Source of the DNA: Clostridia bacterium
Lineage (GTDB): Bacteria > Bacillota > Dehalobacteriia > UBA7702
Length of the DNA stretch: 54,963 nucleotides
Direction of reading: 5' to 3'
Assembly (NCBI GenBank): GCA_051866595.1
Contig: JBJDXI010000061.1
Location: 1-54,963, forward strand
How positions within the stretch are numbered: position 1 is the first letter of the stretch; every line of letters starts with the position of its first letter. Positions 7,969 through 15,712 of this stretch are shown one piece after another. Both the position numbers and the translations under genes were made by a program. The notes beneath the pieces are model-generated. The model made no database searches, was not told the origin of the DNA, and worked only from the letters and a program-made list of their open reading frames with translations.

Positions 7969-9441
7969 TCAATAATTGGTAAAACCAAAATCCTTAATGG
8001 TCACTTTCAGTCCCATATCCTCAAAGAGCCCGTTCAGTTCTCCCAAAATGAAATGTACGTCATCTTCCAGATATTCCGAAAGAAGGTCTTTCATTTCCGT
8101 GCTGGCCATGGCCGGTTCGGAACATTCAAAGGAATCCAGAGGAATCCCGTCAATCTTCATGAAAGCTCCCGTATTCAGCGTCGCTTTACCGACCCAGAAA
8201 ACAGCTTCGTAATCATCTTCAAGAATGATCTGACATTCACACTCTTTCGTTTTGGGATTCGGCACCATCATGGTATAAATACCATAGAGATCCTCGTTAT
8301 TGTAGCTGTCACTTATAAAAGCGATGGCGTCCGACGCCGTATCCAAGGTAATCCCGAAACGGAGTTTCCATTGTTCCCAGGAATCAACGATAATGTAATC
8401 CAATTCGTCTGCCCCGTTGACGGTACCGTGCAGCCGCAGATAATCCACAACATCCTGATAGGGATCGGCCGGTGTTGCCGTAACGGTAACGGCGAGGGAA
8501 GCGGTTTTCCCGTTAAAGGCAGTGCAGGTAATGGTGGCGTTCCCCGGCGCCACACCGGTAATCACGCCCCGGGAGACTTTCGCCACGGATTCATCCGAAG
8601 AAGTCCAGGTCATTTCGGCATAGGCCGTTTTCGGAGAAACCGCCAGATGACCGTCGATAATCAAAACAGAATTTCCCACCGTAACGGAATAGCTGTCCGC
8701 GAGGAATTCCACTTTATCCACAGCGCCGAGGTTCATATAATTCACAGCGAATACCGAAAGCATTTTGGCAACCTGAGCCCGGGTGGTGTTGTTTTTGGGA
8801 CGGAGATAAACACTGTCCCCTTCTTTGTTACCGGTAATGATGTCTTCGGCCATAGCCCACTTAAAGGCAGTCTCCGCGTAATCCGCCACATCACCGCTGT
8901 CGGGAAGAGTCAGCTCTTTCGAAGCGGAAACATCATATTTTTTCATCTGTCCATAGCGGTACAACATCGCCACAAAATCCTGACGGGTAATCTTATCATC
9001 AGGTCCGAACCTACCGTCGGTGTAACCGGCGACAACGCCGACAGACGCCGCCCATTCCACGGCATCGGCAAACCAATCACCAGCGGTCACATCTAAAAAA
9101 GCGCTTTGAAAGGTCACTTCCGGTTCCTTTTCCATGGCGTAGAGCACCCGGGCCACTTCCGCCCGGGTCATTTCACGGTCGGGGCGGAAAGTTCCGTCGG
9201 GATAACCGTTGAACAAGTCATTGGCCGCGGTAAATTCTATATAATTATAGTACCAGAATTTCGGAGCGACATCGGGGAAATAGCCGGCATCGGAAGGCGA
9301 CACCTCCGATGGCGAAGAAGCAAGCCCCACAGGAAGTTCCGCATTGAATACGGCCTCAGTATCGGCGGCAAAAACCGAAACGGAACCCAGCATCAGAAAG
9401 GCGCAGACAACAACGATAAGAAACAATAATTTCTTTTTCAT
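7969..9441 (-). CDS. Secreted protein with N-terminal SLH domains and a bacterial Ig-like (Big_2) domain
   Basis: Signal peptide (MKKKLLFLIVVVCAFLMLGSVSVFA). Three SLH-type repeats (MTRAEVARVLY, ITRQDFVAMLY, TTRAQVAKMLS). A Big_2-like segment (VITGVAPGNATITCTAFNGKTASLAVTV). I do not recognise the C-terminal half. Confidence 0.8.
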   Translation of the reverse strand: MKKKLLFLIVVVCAFLMLGSVSVFAADTEAVFNAELPVGLASSPSEVSPSDAGYFPDVAPKFWYYNYIEFTAANDLFNGYPDGTFRPDREMTRAEVARVLYAMEKEPEVTFQSAFLDVTAGDWFADAVEWAASVGVVAGYTDGRFGPDDKITRQDFVAMLYRYGQMKKYDVSASKELTLPDSGDVADYAETAFKWAMAEDIITGNKEGDSVYLRPKNNTTRAQVAKMLSVFAVNYMNLGAVDKVEFLADSYSVTVGNSVLIIDGHLAVSPKTAYAEMTWTSSDESVAKVSRGVITGVAPGNATITCTAFNGKTASLAVTVTATPADPYQDVVDYLRLHGTVNGADELDYIIVDSWEQWKLRFGITLDTASDAIAFISDSYNNEDLYGIYTMMVPNPKTKECECQIILEDDYEAVFWVGKATLNTGAFMKIDGIPLDSFECSEPAMASTEMKDLLSEYLEDDVHFILGELNGLFEDMGLKVTIKDFGFTNY

Positions 9442-9471
9442 GTTTTCCTTCCCCTTTATTTTGTTGATGTA

Positions 9472-9500
9472 ATTCTATCAAACATTCATTTCAATATCAA
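9472..9500 (-). promoter_or_regulatory. Sigma-A promoter of the SLH/Big_2 gene
   Basis: Read on the minus strand: TTGATA (9500-9495), a 17 nt spacer, then TAGAAT (9477-9472). Confidence 0.6.
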
Positions 9501-9536
9501 GCAGGTATTTTATAAATTTACACCAGCAAAAGAATT

Positions 9537-10727
9537 TCATTTTTTCTTCGGCAGCATTGCCGTACTGCGGTCTAAAATTCCATGGATGGCGCTGATCAGT
9601 ACGCCGTAATTCACCATGGGCACATTCTGGGCCACACAGCACTTGGCCCGATATTTTACTTCCCGCTGATTGAGCATACAGCCGCCGCAGTGCACCACCA
9701 GAGCGTAGGGCGAGAGATCGTCGGGGAATTCCGTGCCGGAACAGGTGGAAAATTCCGGATTCACCCCGGTATACTCCCGGATCCAGCGGGGGATCTTCAC
9801 CGTGCCGATGTCGTTGCACTGACGGTGATGGGTACAACCCTCGGCGATGAGGACTTTATCGCCGTCTTTCAGGCGGGAAAGACCATCCAAACTCTTTAAG
9901 GCCACATCAAGGAACCCCTTGTAGCGGGACATCAGAATGGAAAAGGAAGTCATCGGCACATCGGCGGGGGTTTCCGCCGCCACACGGTCAAAGACCTGAC
10001 TGTCGGTGATCACGATGGCGGGCTTTTTGCCCAAAGACGCCAGAGTCTCTTTGAGTTCCGTTTCTTTGGCCACCACCGCCACGGCGCCGGCTTCGAGAAT
10101 ATCGCGGATCACCTGCTGTTGAGGGAGGATCAGCCGCCCTTTGGGCGCTGCCTTGTCGATGGGGATCACCAGCACGGCGAAATCGCCGGGATTCAGCAAA
10201 TCCCCCACCAGCCGCAATTTCAGCTCATCGGTTTTTGCCAACCGCGCCATCCGCTCCTTCAGCTCATGAATACGGTATTTTTCCACGGCGCTGACATAGA
10301 TTTCATTTTCACCGGCTTCCGGTTCCTCCGTCAGCAGATCGCATTTATTCAGGACGACGATATAGTTGATCTCTTTTTCCTCAAAAAGACGGATCAATTC
10401 CTCATCGGCGGCGGTTTTCCCCACCGAAGCGTCCACCACAAGGACGGCCACATCGGTTTTGTTCAGCACCTGCCGTGTTTTTTTCACCCGGAGCTCGCCC
10501 AAAGTGCCTTCATCGTCAAAGCCCGGGGTGTCGATAATCATCACCGGCCCCAATGGCAAAAGCTCCATGGCCTTATACACCGGATCGGTGGTGGTACCTT
10601 TCACATCGGAAACAATGGCCAGATCCTGGCCGGTCACGGCATTGACCACGCTGGATTTGCCGGCGTTACGCCGGCCGAAGAACCCGATATGCACGCGGTC
10701 GCCGGAAGGTGTGTCATTTAATCCCAT
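9537..10727 (-). CDS. hydF: [FeFe]-hydrogenase maturation GTPase HydF
   Basis: GTPase P-loop (GRRNAGKSS) and the G2 region (GTTTD). The C-terminal cluster-binding motifs are EGCTHH ... HCGGC. GAGGTG RBS. Confidence 0.9.
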   Translation of the reverse strand: MGLNDTPSGDRVHIGFFGRRNAGKSSVVNAVTGQDLAIVSDVKGTTTDPVYKAMELLPLGPVMIIDTPGFDDEGTLGELRVKKTRQVLNKTDVAVLVVDASVGKTAADEELIRLFEEKEINYIVVLNKCDLLTEEPEAGENEIYVSAVEKYRIHELKERMARLAKTDELKLRLVGDLLNPGDFAVLVIPIDKAAPKGRLILPQQQVIRDILEAGAVAVVAKETELKETLASLGKKPAIVITDSQVFDRVAAETPADVPMTSFSILMSRYKGFLDVALKSLDGLSRLKDGDKVLIAEGCTHHRQCNDIGTVKIPRWIREYTGVNPEFSTCSGTEFPDDLSPYALVVHCGGCMLNQREVKYRAKCCVAQNVPMVNYGVLISAIHGILDRSTAMLPKKK

Positions 10728-10740
10728 CGCCTGTCACCTC

Positions 10741-12165
10741 TTAAAAGCGGAAATCCCGCTTGCCGTTTTCAATTTCTTTCAGGTTCCGGGCGGCGATTTC
10801 CCGCGTCTTTTCTCTGGGAATCCGCTGCAATTCCTTTTCAATCAGGGCTTCACCGATTTTCCGTGTTTCCGGAGAGGCGTAGTCCACCAGATATTCTTTC
10901 AACGTCATCAACGCGTTGGGATGACAGCAGTTCAGAATTTTGCCGCTCTTACAGAGGCTCATAAAGCGATCTCCGGTGCGGCCCTCCCGATAACAGGCGG
11001 TGCAGAAGGAAGGAACGTAGTCGAAATCCATCAGCCAGCGGATGACTTCATCCAAGGTACGCTGGTCGGAAACGTCAAATTGTTCCGTTTCGTGGGGACG
11101 TTCTTCCTCACTGTATCCCCCCACCGAGGTGCGGCTGGCGCCGCTGATCTGGGAAACGCCGAGACGAATCACTTTTTCCCGCACCGCCTGGCTTTCCCGG
11201 GTGGAAATAATCATGCCGGTATAGGGCACGGAAATGCGAATCAGCGCGCAGATTTTAGCGAAAATATCATCGCTGATACCGTTATCAAAATCATCGGGAT
11301 TGATGTCGTCGGCCCGTTTCAGACGGGGCACACTGATGGTATGGGGCCCCACGCCGTGGGCGGCTTCCAGATGTTCGGCGTGCATCAGCAGGCCGGCAAA
11401 CTCATACTTATATTTATCCAGACCGAAAAGAACGCCGAGACCTACATCGTCGATGCCGCCTTCCATGGCCCGGTCCATGGCTTCGGTATGATAATTATAA
11501 TCATGCTTGGGGCCGGAGGGATGGAGCTCCGCGTAGCTTTCCTTATGGTAGGTTTCCTGAAACAGAATATAGGTGCCGATACCGGCGTCGTGAAGCTTCT
11601 TGTAATTTTCCACGGTGGTAGCGGCAATATTCACATTGACCCGGCGGATGGCGCCGTTTTTATGCTGAATTCCGTAAATGGTCTCAATGCTTTCCAGAAT
11701 GTATTCAATGGGGTTATTTTTGGGGTCTTCCCCGGCTTCAATGGCCAAGCGCTTGTGTCCCATATCCTGCAAAGCGATAACTTCCCGCCGGATTTCCTCC
11801 TGGGTCAGCTTTTTGCGGGGAATATTCTTGTTCTGGCGGTGATACGGGCAGTACACACAGCCGTTGATGCAGTAATTGGAAAGATACAGCGGCGCGAAAA
11901 TAACGATACGATTGCCGTAATAGGCCATTTTGATCTCTTCGGCCAGATCGTACATCTGCTGTATTTTCGTTTCATCGTCGCAGGCCAGCAAAACCGAGGC
12001 TTCTCTGTGGCTCAACCCTTTATGAAGCCGGGCCTTTTCCAGAATACTGTCGATCAGCGCTATGTTGTCTTTGTTCTTTTCCGCGTAATCCAACGTGTCC
12101 AGAATTTCCTCATGATTGATAAATTCATCGGCACACAAAGATTTGGGGTCATACTTGATACTCAT
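10741..12165 (-). CDS. hydG: [FeFe]-hydrogenase maturase HydG (radical SAM tyrosine lyase)
   Basis: Radical SAM motif CINGCVYC. The extra C-terminal Cys cluster (CTACYREGRTGDRFMSLCKSGKILNCC) distinguishes HydG from ThiH. The gene sits 13 nt upstream of hydF. Confidence 0.9.
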   Translation of the reverse strand: MSIKYDPKSLCADEFINHEEILDTLDYAEKNKDNIALIDSILEKARLHKGLSHREASVLLACDDETKIQQMYDLAEEIKMAYYGNRIVIFAPLYLSNYCINGCVYCPYHRQNKNIPRKKLTQEEIRREVIALQDMGHKRLAIEAGEDPKNNPIEYILESIETIYGIQHKNGAIRRVNVNIAATTVENYKKLHDAGIGTYILFQETYHKESYAELHPSGPKHDYNYHTEAMDRAMEGGIDDVGLGVLFGLDKYKYEFAGLLMHAEHLEAAHGVGPHTISVPRLKRADDINPDDFDNGISDDIFAKICALIRISVPYTGMIISTRESQAVREKVIRLGVSQISGASRTSVGGYSEEERPHETEQFDVSDQRTLDEVIRWLMDFDYVPSFCTACYREGRTGDRFMSLCKSGKILNCCHPNALMTLKEYLVDYASPETRKIGEALIEKELQRIPREKTREIAARNLKEIENGKRDFRF

Positions 12166-12278
12166 AAATACTCTCCTTCCTTCCGGGTCAAAAGATTTCC
12201 CCGTCAGTTCCTTATTTCACGGCCGCCGGTTTTTCGGTACAGCCGATTTTTCCGTTATTCCTTGGTTTCAAAAGGGTC

Positions 12279-12524
12279 TCAGACATGGGAGTAAATCGTC
12301 TTTGCCGTCACCCCCGGCAGGCGGCCGATCTTTCCCGAAAGAGCGTTGATCACATCATTGGGAGCGTCCACGGCGACACTGATAATGCAAACTCCCTTTT
12401 CTTTATAGGGAACGCCCATGCGGCTGATGATATACGCGCTGTAATCATGGAGCACTTCATTGAGTTTCTCCCAGCAATCCGTCTGCTCCACAATCACACC
12501 AATCAAAGCGACTCTTGTTTCCAT
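12279..12524 (-). CDS. TM1266-family putative iron-only hydrogenase system regulator (small ACT/NikR-C-like protein)
   Basis: The 81 aa product starts at METRVALIGVIVEQ, behind a GGAGG RBS. The track ORF runs up to 12677 but would cross a terminator-like hairpin. Its position directly upstream of hydG is typical of this family. Confidence 0.7.
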   Translation of the reverse strand: METRVALIGVIVEQTDCWEKLNEVLHDYSAYIISRMGVPYKEKGVCIISVAVDAPNDVINALSGKIGRLPGVTAKTIYSHV

Positions 12525-12536
12525 CGTCTGCCTCCG

Positions 12537-12561
12537 TAAAAAAAATACGCCGTTCCGGCGC
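12537..12561 (-). terminator. Leader terminator / attenuator hairpin immediately upstream of the hyd operon RBS
   Basis: Read on the minus strand: GCGCCG gaa CGGCGU followed by a U-rich tract (A UUUUUUUU), then ACGGAGG (RBS) and the ATG at 12524. Confidence 0.45.
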
Positions 12562-12690
12562 AGTAAAACAAGGACAATCCCGGTGCGGAAACCTCCGTCA
12601 GAACCCGAAAAATTCTCCTTATACCGTGGTTTTGCGCCTTTCATCTCAATACACCATTTCAATGTCAGAAACCACACTGAATTTGTTTAT

Positions 12691-12699
12691 ATTATAACA
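12691..12699 (-). promoter_or_regulatory. Extended -10 promoter element for the hyd leader
   Basis: Read on the minus strand: TGTTATAAT (TGn + TATAAT). I see no good -35 element. Confidence 0.4.
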
Positions 12700-12731
12700 C
12701 AGAACTTCAAAGAAGAAAAGCCCTTCCCTTT

Positions 12732-12860
12732 TCAGCGCCGGGCCATGGCCGCGCGTTTCCGCCGCCGGTAAGAACTGCGGTTATGGTACTGCCGCGCTAC
12801 GATATAGCGGTCAAGAACGATCAACACCAAAAGAATACCCATCCATAAAAACAGACCCAT
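12732..12860 (-). CDS. Candidate 42 aa small membrane protein (below the ORF-track length cut-off)
   Basis: Product: MGLFLWMGILLVLIVLDRYIVARQYHNRSSYRRRKRAAMARR. That is one hydrophobic helix followed by a strongly basic tail. An AGAAGG RBS lies 7 nt upstream of the ATG, and an extended -10 (TGATACAAT) lies further upstream. Confidence 0.3.
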   Translation of the reverse strand: MGLFLWMGILLVLIVLDRYIVARQYHNRSSYRRRKRAAMARR

Positions 12861-13043
12861 AAAAAGACCTTCTTTCTTATCTGATTACGGTCTGATTGTA
12901 TCATGGGAGATGGGATATTTTTGGTACATACAAAAAAGCAAAAAAAATTATGGCGGCGAAATGGCGGCAGTGGAGATGAATTTTAAGTAACAACCGTTTG
13001 ATAAAAAAGAGCGTCCCAATAAAACGCCTGTTAAAAGCATATA

Positions 13044-13082
13044 GAAAAGCACCCCAATCATCCGCTGTCATGAGGTGCTTTC
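13044..13082 (-). terminator. Probable terminator of the MerR-family gene
   Basis: 8 bp stem AAAGCACC ... GGTGCTTT with a long loop. The minus strand is T-rich after it. Confidence 0.45.
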
Positions 13083-13130
13083 CAAACGGCTCTACTCTCC
13101 ATAAGTAAAATCAAACGGCCGTTATTAACG

Positions 13131-13934
13131 TTATGATGTTTTCACGGGCAAAAACGCGTCGTAGAAATGACACCGCCGGCCTTCGCCGCGAAAAGTAAAA
13201 AGATAGGATACAAACCCCGGTTCCCCGGAAGGGATATAACCGTGTTCTTCGGCGTAAGTCAGAAGCCGCTTCATCGGAATCGGATCATCCAGCGGTTTCT
13301 CACTGCAAAAGGAAGTATATAAAAATCGGCCCACCGGGAGGATACGCATACGCACATCGGAAAATTTCTCATTCAGATAGGAATGATAGCGCTCATCAAT
13401 CATCAGCGATGTTTCCTGATAGACCGGATCTCCGTTATCCACGGAGAACTCACCGCTCCAATAACTCACCGAAAAAAGCGGGGAGTGAATATCCACATCA
13501 CAGTCTTCCTGAAAACCGTTGACGTTGGGATAGTAAAAACAGATCGGCTCATTCCAGGTGATTTCCTTCACCTGGTCCATGATTCCCATGGCTTTCTGAA
13601 CACGCTCCTCAAACGCGATCATCAGATCAAGTTTTTCCTGCTGACGGCGGATCCGCTCTTTAAAATCAGCGATACAGTATTTATAACGCTGATGAATCTC
13701 CCCGGGAGAAGATGAAAAAAGCAGTTCCCGGATCTCATCGGCGTTGGAATCCAGACAATTCCGGTAAAAGGATACGTCGATAAGCTCCAGCAGATCGCCT
13801 CCGCCGTAATAGGAATACCCGTTATCCTCATTCTTTTTCACGGAAATAAGCCCTTTATCCTTGTAATACCGGATAGCGGAGCGGCTGATGCCGAGCAAAT
13901 GGCGAATTTCCGCCGGCGTAAATGTTTTTTTCAC
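13131..13934 (-). CDS. MerR-family transcriptional regulator with a C-terminal effector-binding (GyrI-like) region
   Basis: N-terminal MerR helix-turn-helix (FTPAEIRHLLGISRSAIRYYKDKGLI). GTG start with an AAGGAG RBS. Confidence 0.8.
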   Translation of the reverse strand: MKKTFTPAEIRHLLGISRSAIRYYKDKGLISVKKNEDNGYSYYGGGDLLELIDVSFYRNCLDSNADEIRELLFSSSPGEIHQRYKYCIADFKERIRRQQEKLDLMIAFEERVQKAMGIMDQVKEITWNEPICFYYPNVNGFQEDCDVDIHSPLFSVSYWSGEFSVDNGDPVYQETSLMIDERYHSYLNEKFSDVRMRILPVGRFLYTSFCSEKPLDDPIPMKRLLTYAEEHGYIPSGEPGFVSYLFTFRGEGRRCHFYDAFLPVKTS

Positions 13935-14129
13935 GATACCGTGTCTCCTTCAACGGGGGAGCCTGATCTTTACACACATTATAAACCTGTGCGTAACAAC
14001 CAAGTCAAGTATTTTTTTGTCATTTCACGGCCATTATTTCATAACTTTTTTCAATTTTACAAGGAACGCGGATTTTCAAATTGTCTTTTATTCCATTCCG
14101 TGATAAACTGAAAAAAAGGAGGCGGTGAA

Positions 14130-15125
14130 ATGACGACAGATCCCCCAAAAAAACTGAGTATTCTCTATATATTGGAAATTTTAAAACGGGAAACAAACGA
14201 GGATCATCCCCTGACCCATCAGGAAATTCTTCAGATCTTAAAAAGGGATTATCACATGGAGCTGGAGCGAAAAAGCGTCTCCCGCAACATTCAGGACCTC
14301 ATCGACGCCGGTTACGACATTGTTACCGAAAACGGCTGTTATCTGGCCTCCCGTGATTTTGAATACAGCGAGTTGCGACTGCTCATCGACAGCGTATTGT
14401 TTTCCAAAAACATTCCACGAAAGCAATGCAAAACACTGGTCAACAAGGTGGCTGCGCTGACCGACCGCCATTTCAACGCTCACGTCCGCCACATCACCAC
14501 CATGCCCACGGCGGATACCAACAACCGCCAGATTTTTTATACCATCGAAGTGCTGGACGAGGCCATTTCTCAGGAAAAGAAAGTTTCCTTCTGGTACAAC
14601 GAGTACCATACCGATAAAAAGCTGCACCATAAAAGAGAAAACCGCTATGTTGTAAGCCCCTACCAGATCGCCGCCACCAACGGGCGCTACTATCTGATCT
14701 GCTGTACCGAGGGACACGATAATGTCGCCCATTACCGCATCGATCATATCGACGGCATTGAACTCCTCGAGGAACCGGCCAAAACGATGAAGGAAGTCAA
14801 AGGGCTGGAAAACGGACTGGATCTGCCGAAACATATGGCAGAACATATCTATATGTTCTCCGGCAAGAGCACCCGGGTGATTTTCCGGGCGAAGCTTTCC
14901 GCCGTGGATCAGATCATCGACTGGTTTGGCAGCGACGTCCTCTTTGAAAACGAAACCGAAAGCACGGTGGATGTTTCCGTCCGTGTCAATGAAAACGCCA
15001 TGTTCTGCTGGCTGCTTCAATACGGTATGAGCTGTGAGGTGCTCTACCCTCCGGCCCTCCGGGAAAGAGTCCGGAACGCCGTCAATGACATGGCGAAAAA
15101 ATACGCCGAAGATCCCACATCGTAA
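14130..15125 (+). CDS. WYL-domain transcriptional regulator (wHTH-WYL-WCX architecture)
   Basis: N-terminal winged HTH (LSILYILEILKRETNEDHPLTHQEILQIL...SRNIQDLIDAGYDI). Central WYL-type segment (VSFWYNEYHTDKKLHHKRENRYVVSPYQIAATNGRYYLICC). AGGAGG RBS. Confidence 0.85.
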   Translation: MTTDPPKKLSILYILEILKRETNEDHPLTHQEILQILKRDYHMELERKSVSRNIQDLIDAGYDIVTENGCYLASRDFEYSELRLLIDSVLFSKNIPRKQCKTLVNKVAALTDRHFNAHVRHITTMPTADTNNRQIFYTIEVLDEAISQEKKVSFWYNEYHTDKKLHHKRENRYVVSPYQIAATNGRYYLICCTEGHDNVAHYRIDHIDGIELLEEPAKTMKEVKGLENGLDLPKHMAEHIYMFSGKSTRVIFRAKLSAVDQIIDWFGSDVLFENETESTVDVSVRVNENAMFCWLLQYGMSCEVLYPPALRERVRNAVNDMAKKYAEDPTS

Positions 15126-15184
15126 TTTTCCGCGGCCGTTCCCCGCTCCTTTCCGTGGATTTCCGAAAAATCCCCACATAAATC

Positions 15185-15224
15185 AAACCCGGCAACACGC
15201 TGAACCGCGTCGTCTGCCGGGTTT
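15185..15224. terminator. Shared bidirectional terminator for the WYL gene (+) and the cupin gene (-)
   Basis: Stem AAACCCGGCA ... TGCCGGGTTT, with T-rich sequence after it on both strands. Confidence 0.6.
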
Positions 15225-15240
15225 TCTTCACGGTTTTTGC

Positions 15241-15633
15241 TTAAAGAAGGGCGGGGAAGAATTTGGCAAAGACCATAATGCCTTCTTCGCCGGCGAGAAC
15301 CTGATGAGGTACTTTCGGCCGGAAGATGGTCACGTCGCCGGGAACAACGGCGTATTCTCCGTCACCGTTGATACAGGTACCGCCGCCGCAGATCACTTCA
15401 TGGGTTTCCGTCTGCACATCATGGGTATGTTCCCCGATTTTCTTTCCGGGAGCCACGCGGATCAGATGAAAGCTGAAAGCGCCGCCGCTGTCCGCCGAGG
15501 TCACGATATGTTTCAGTTCCACACCGTCAAAGGCCGCGTGAGCCGTCCAGGGAATATCGGCAAAGGCTTTTTCTCCTTCGGGCAATTTCAACGTTCCGTT
15601 TTCAAACAGATCATAAACTTTTTTTCCTTCCAT
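15241..15633 (-). CDS. Cupin-domain protein
   Basis: The 130 aa product has a cupin-like His/Glu pattern (GEHTHDVQTETHEVICG ... VPGDVTIFRPKVPHQV). GAGGAG RBS. Confidence 0.75.
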   Translation of the reverse strand: MEGKKVYDLFENGTLKLPEGEKAFADIPWTAHAAFDGVELKHIVTSADSGGAFSFHLIRVAPGKKIGEHTHDVQTETHEVICGGGTCINGDGEYAVVPGDVTIFRPKVPHQVLAGEEGIMVFAKFFPALL

Positions 15634-15712
15634 GTTACGTTCTCCTCTCCGGAATTTTCTTTTTTTATTTTAACAAAGAACCTTTCTTCTGTATTGCAAA
15701 ATATTGCATTTT

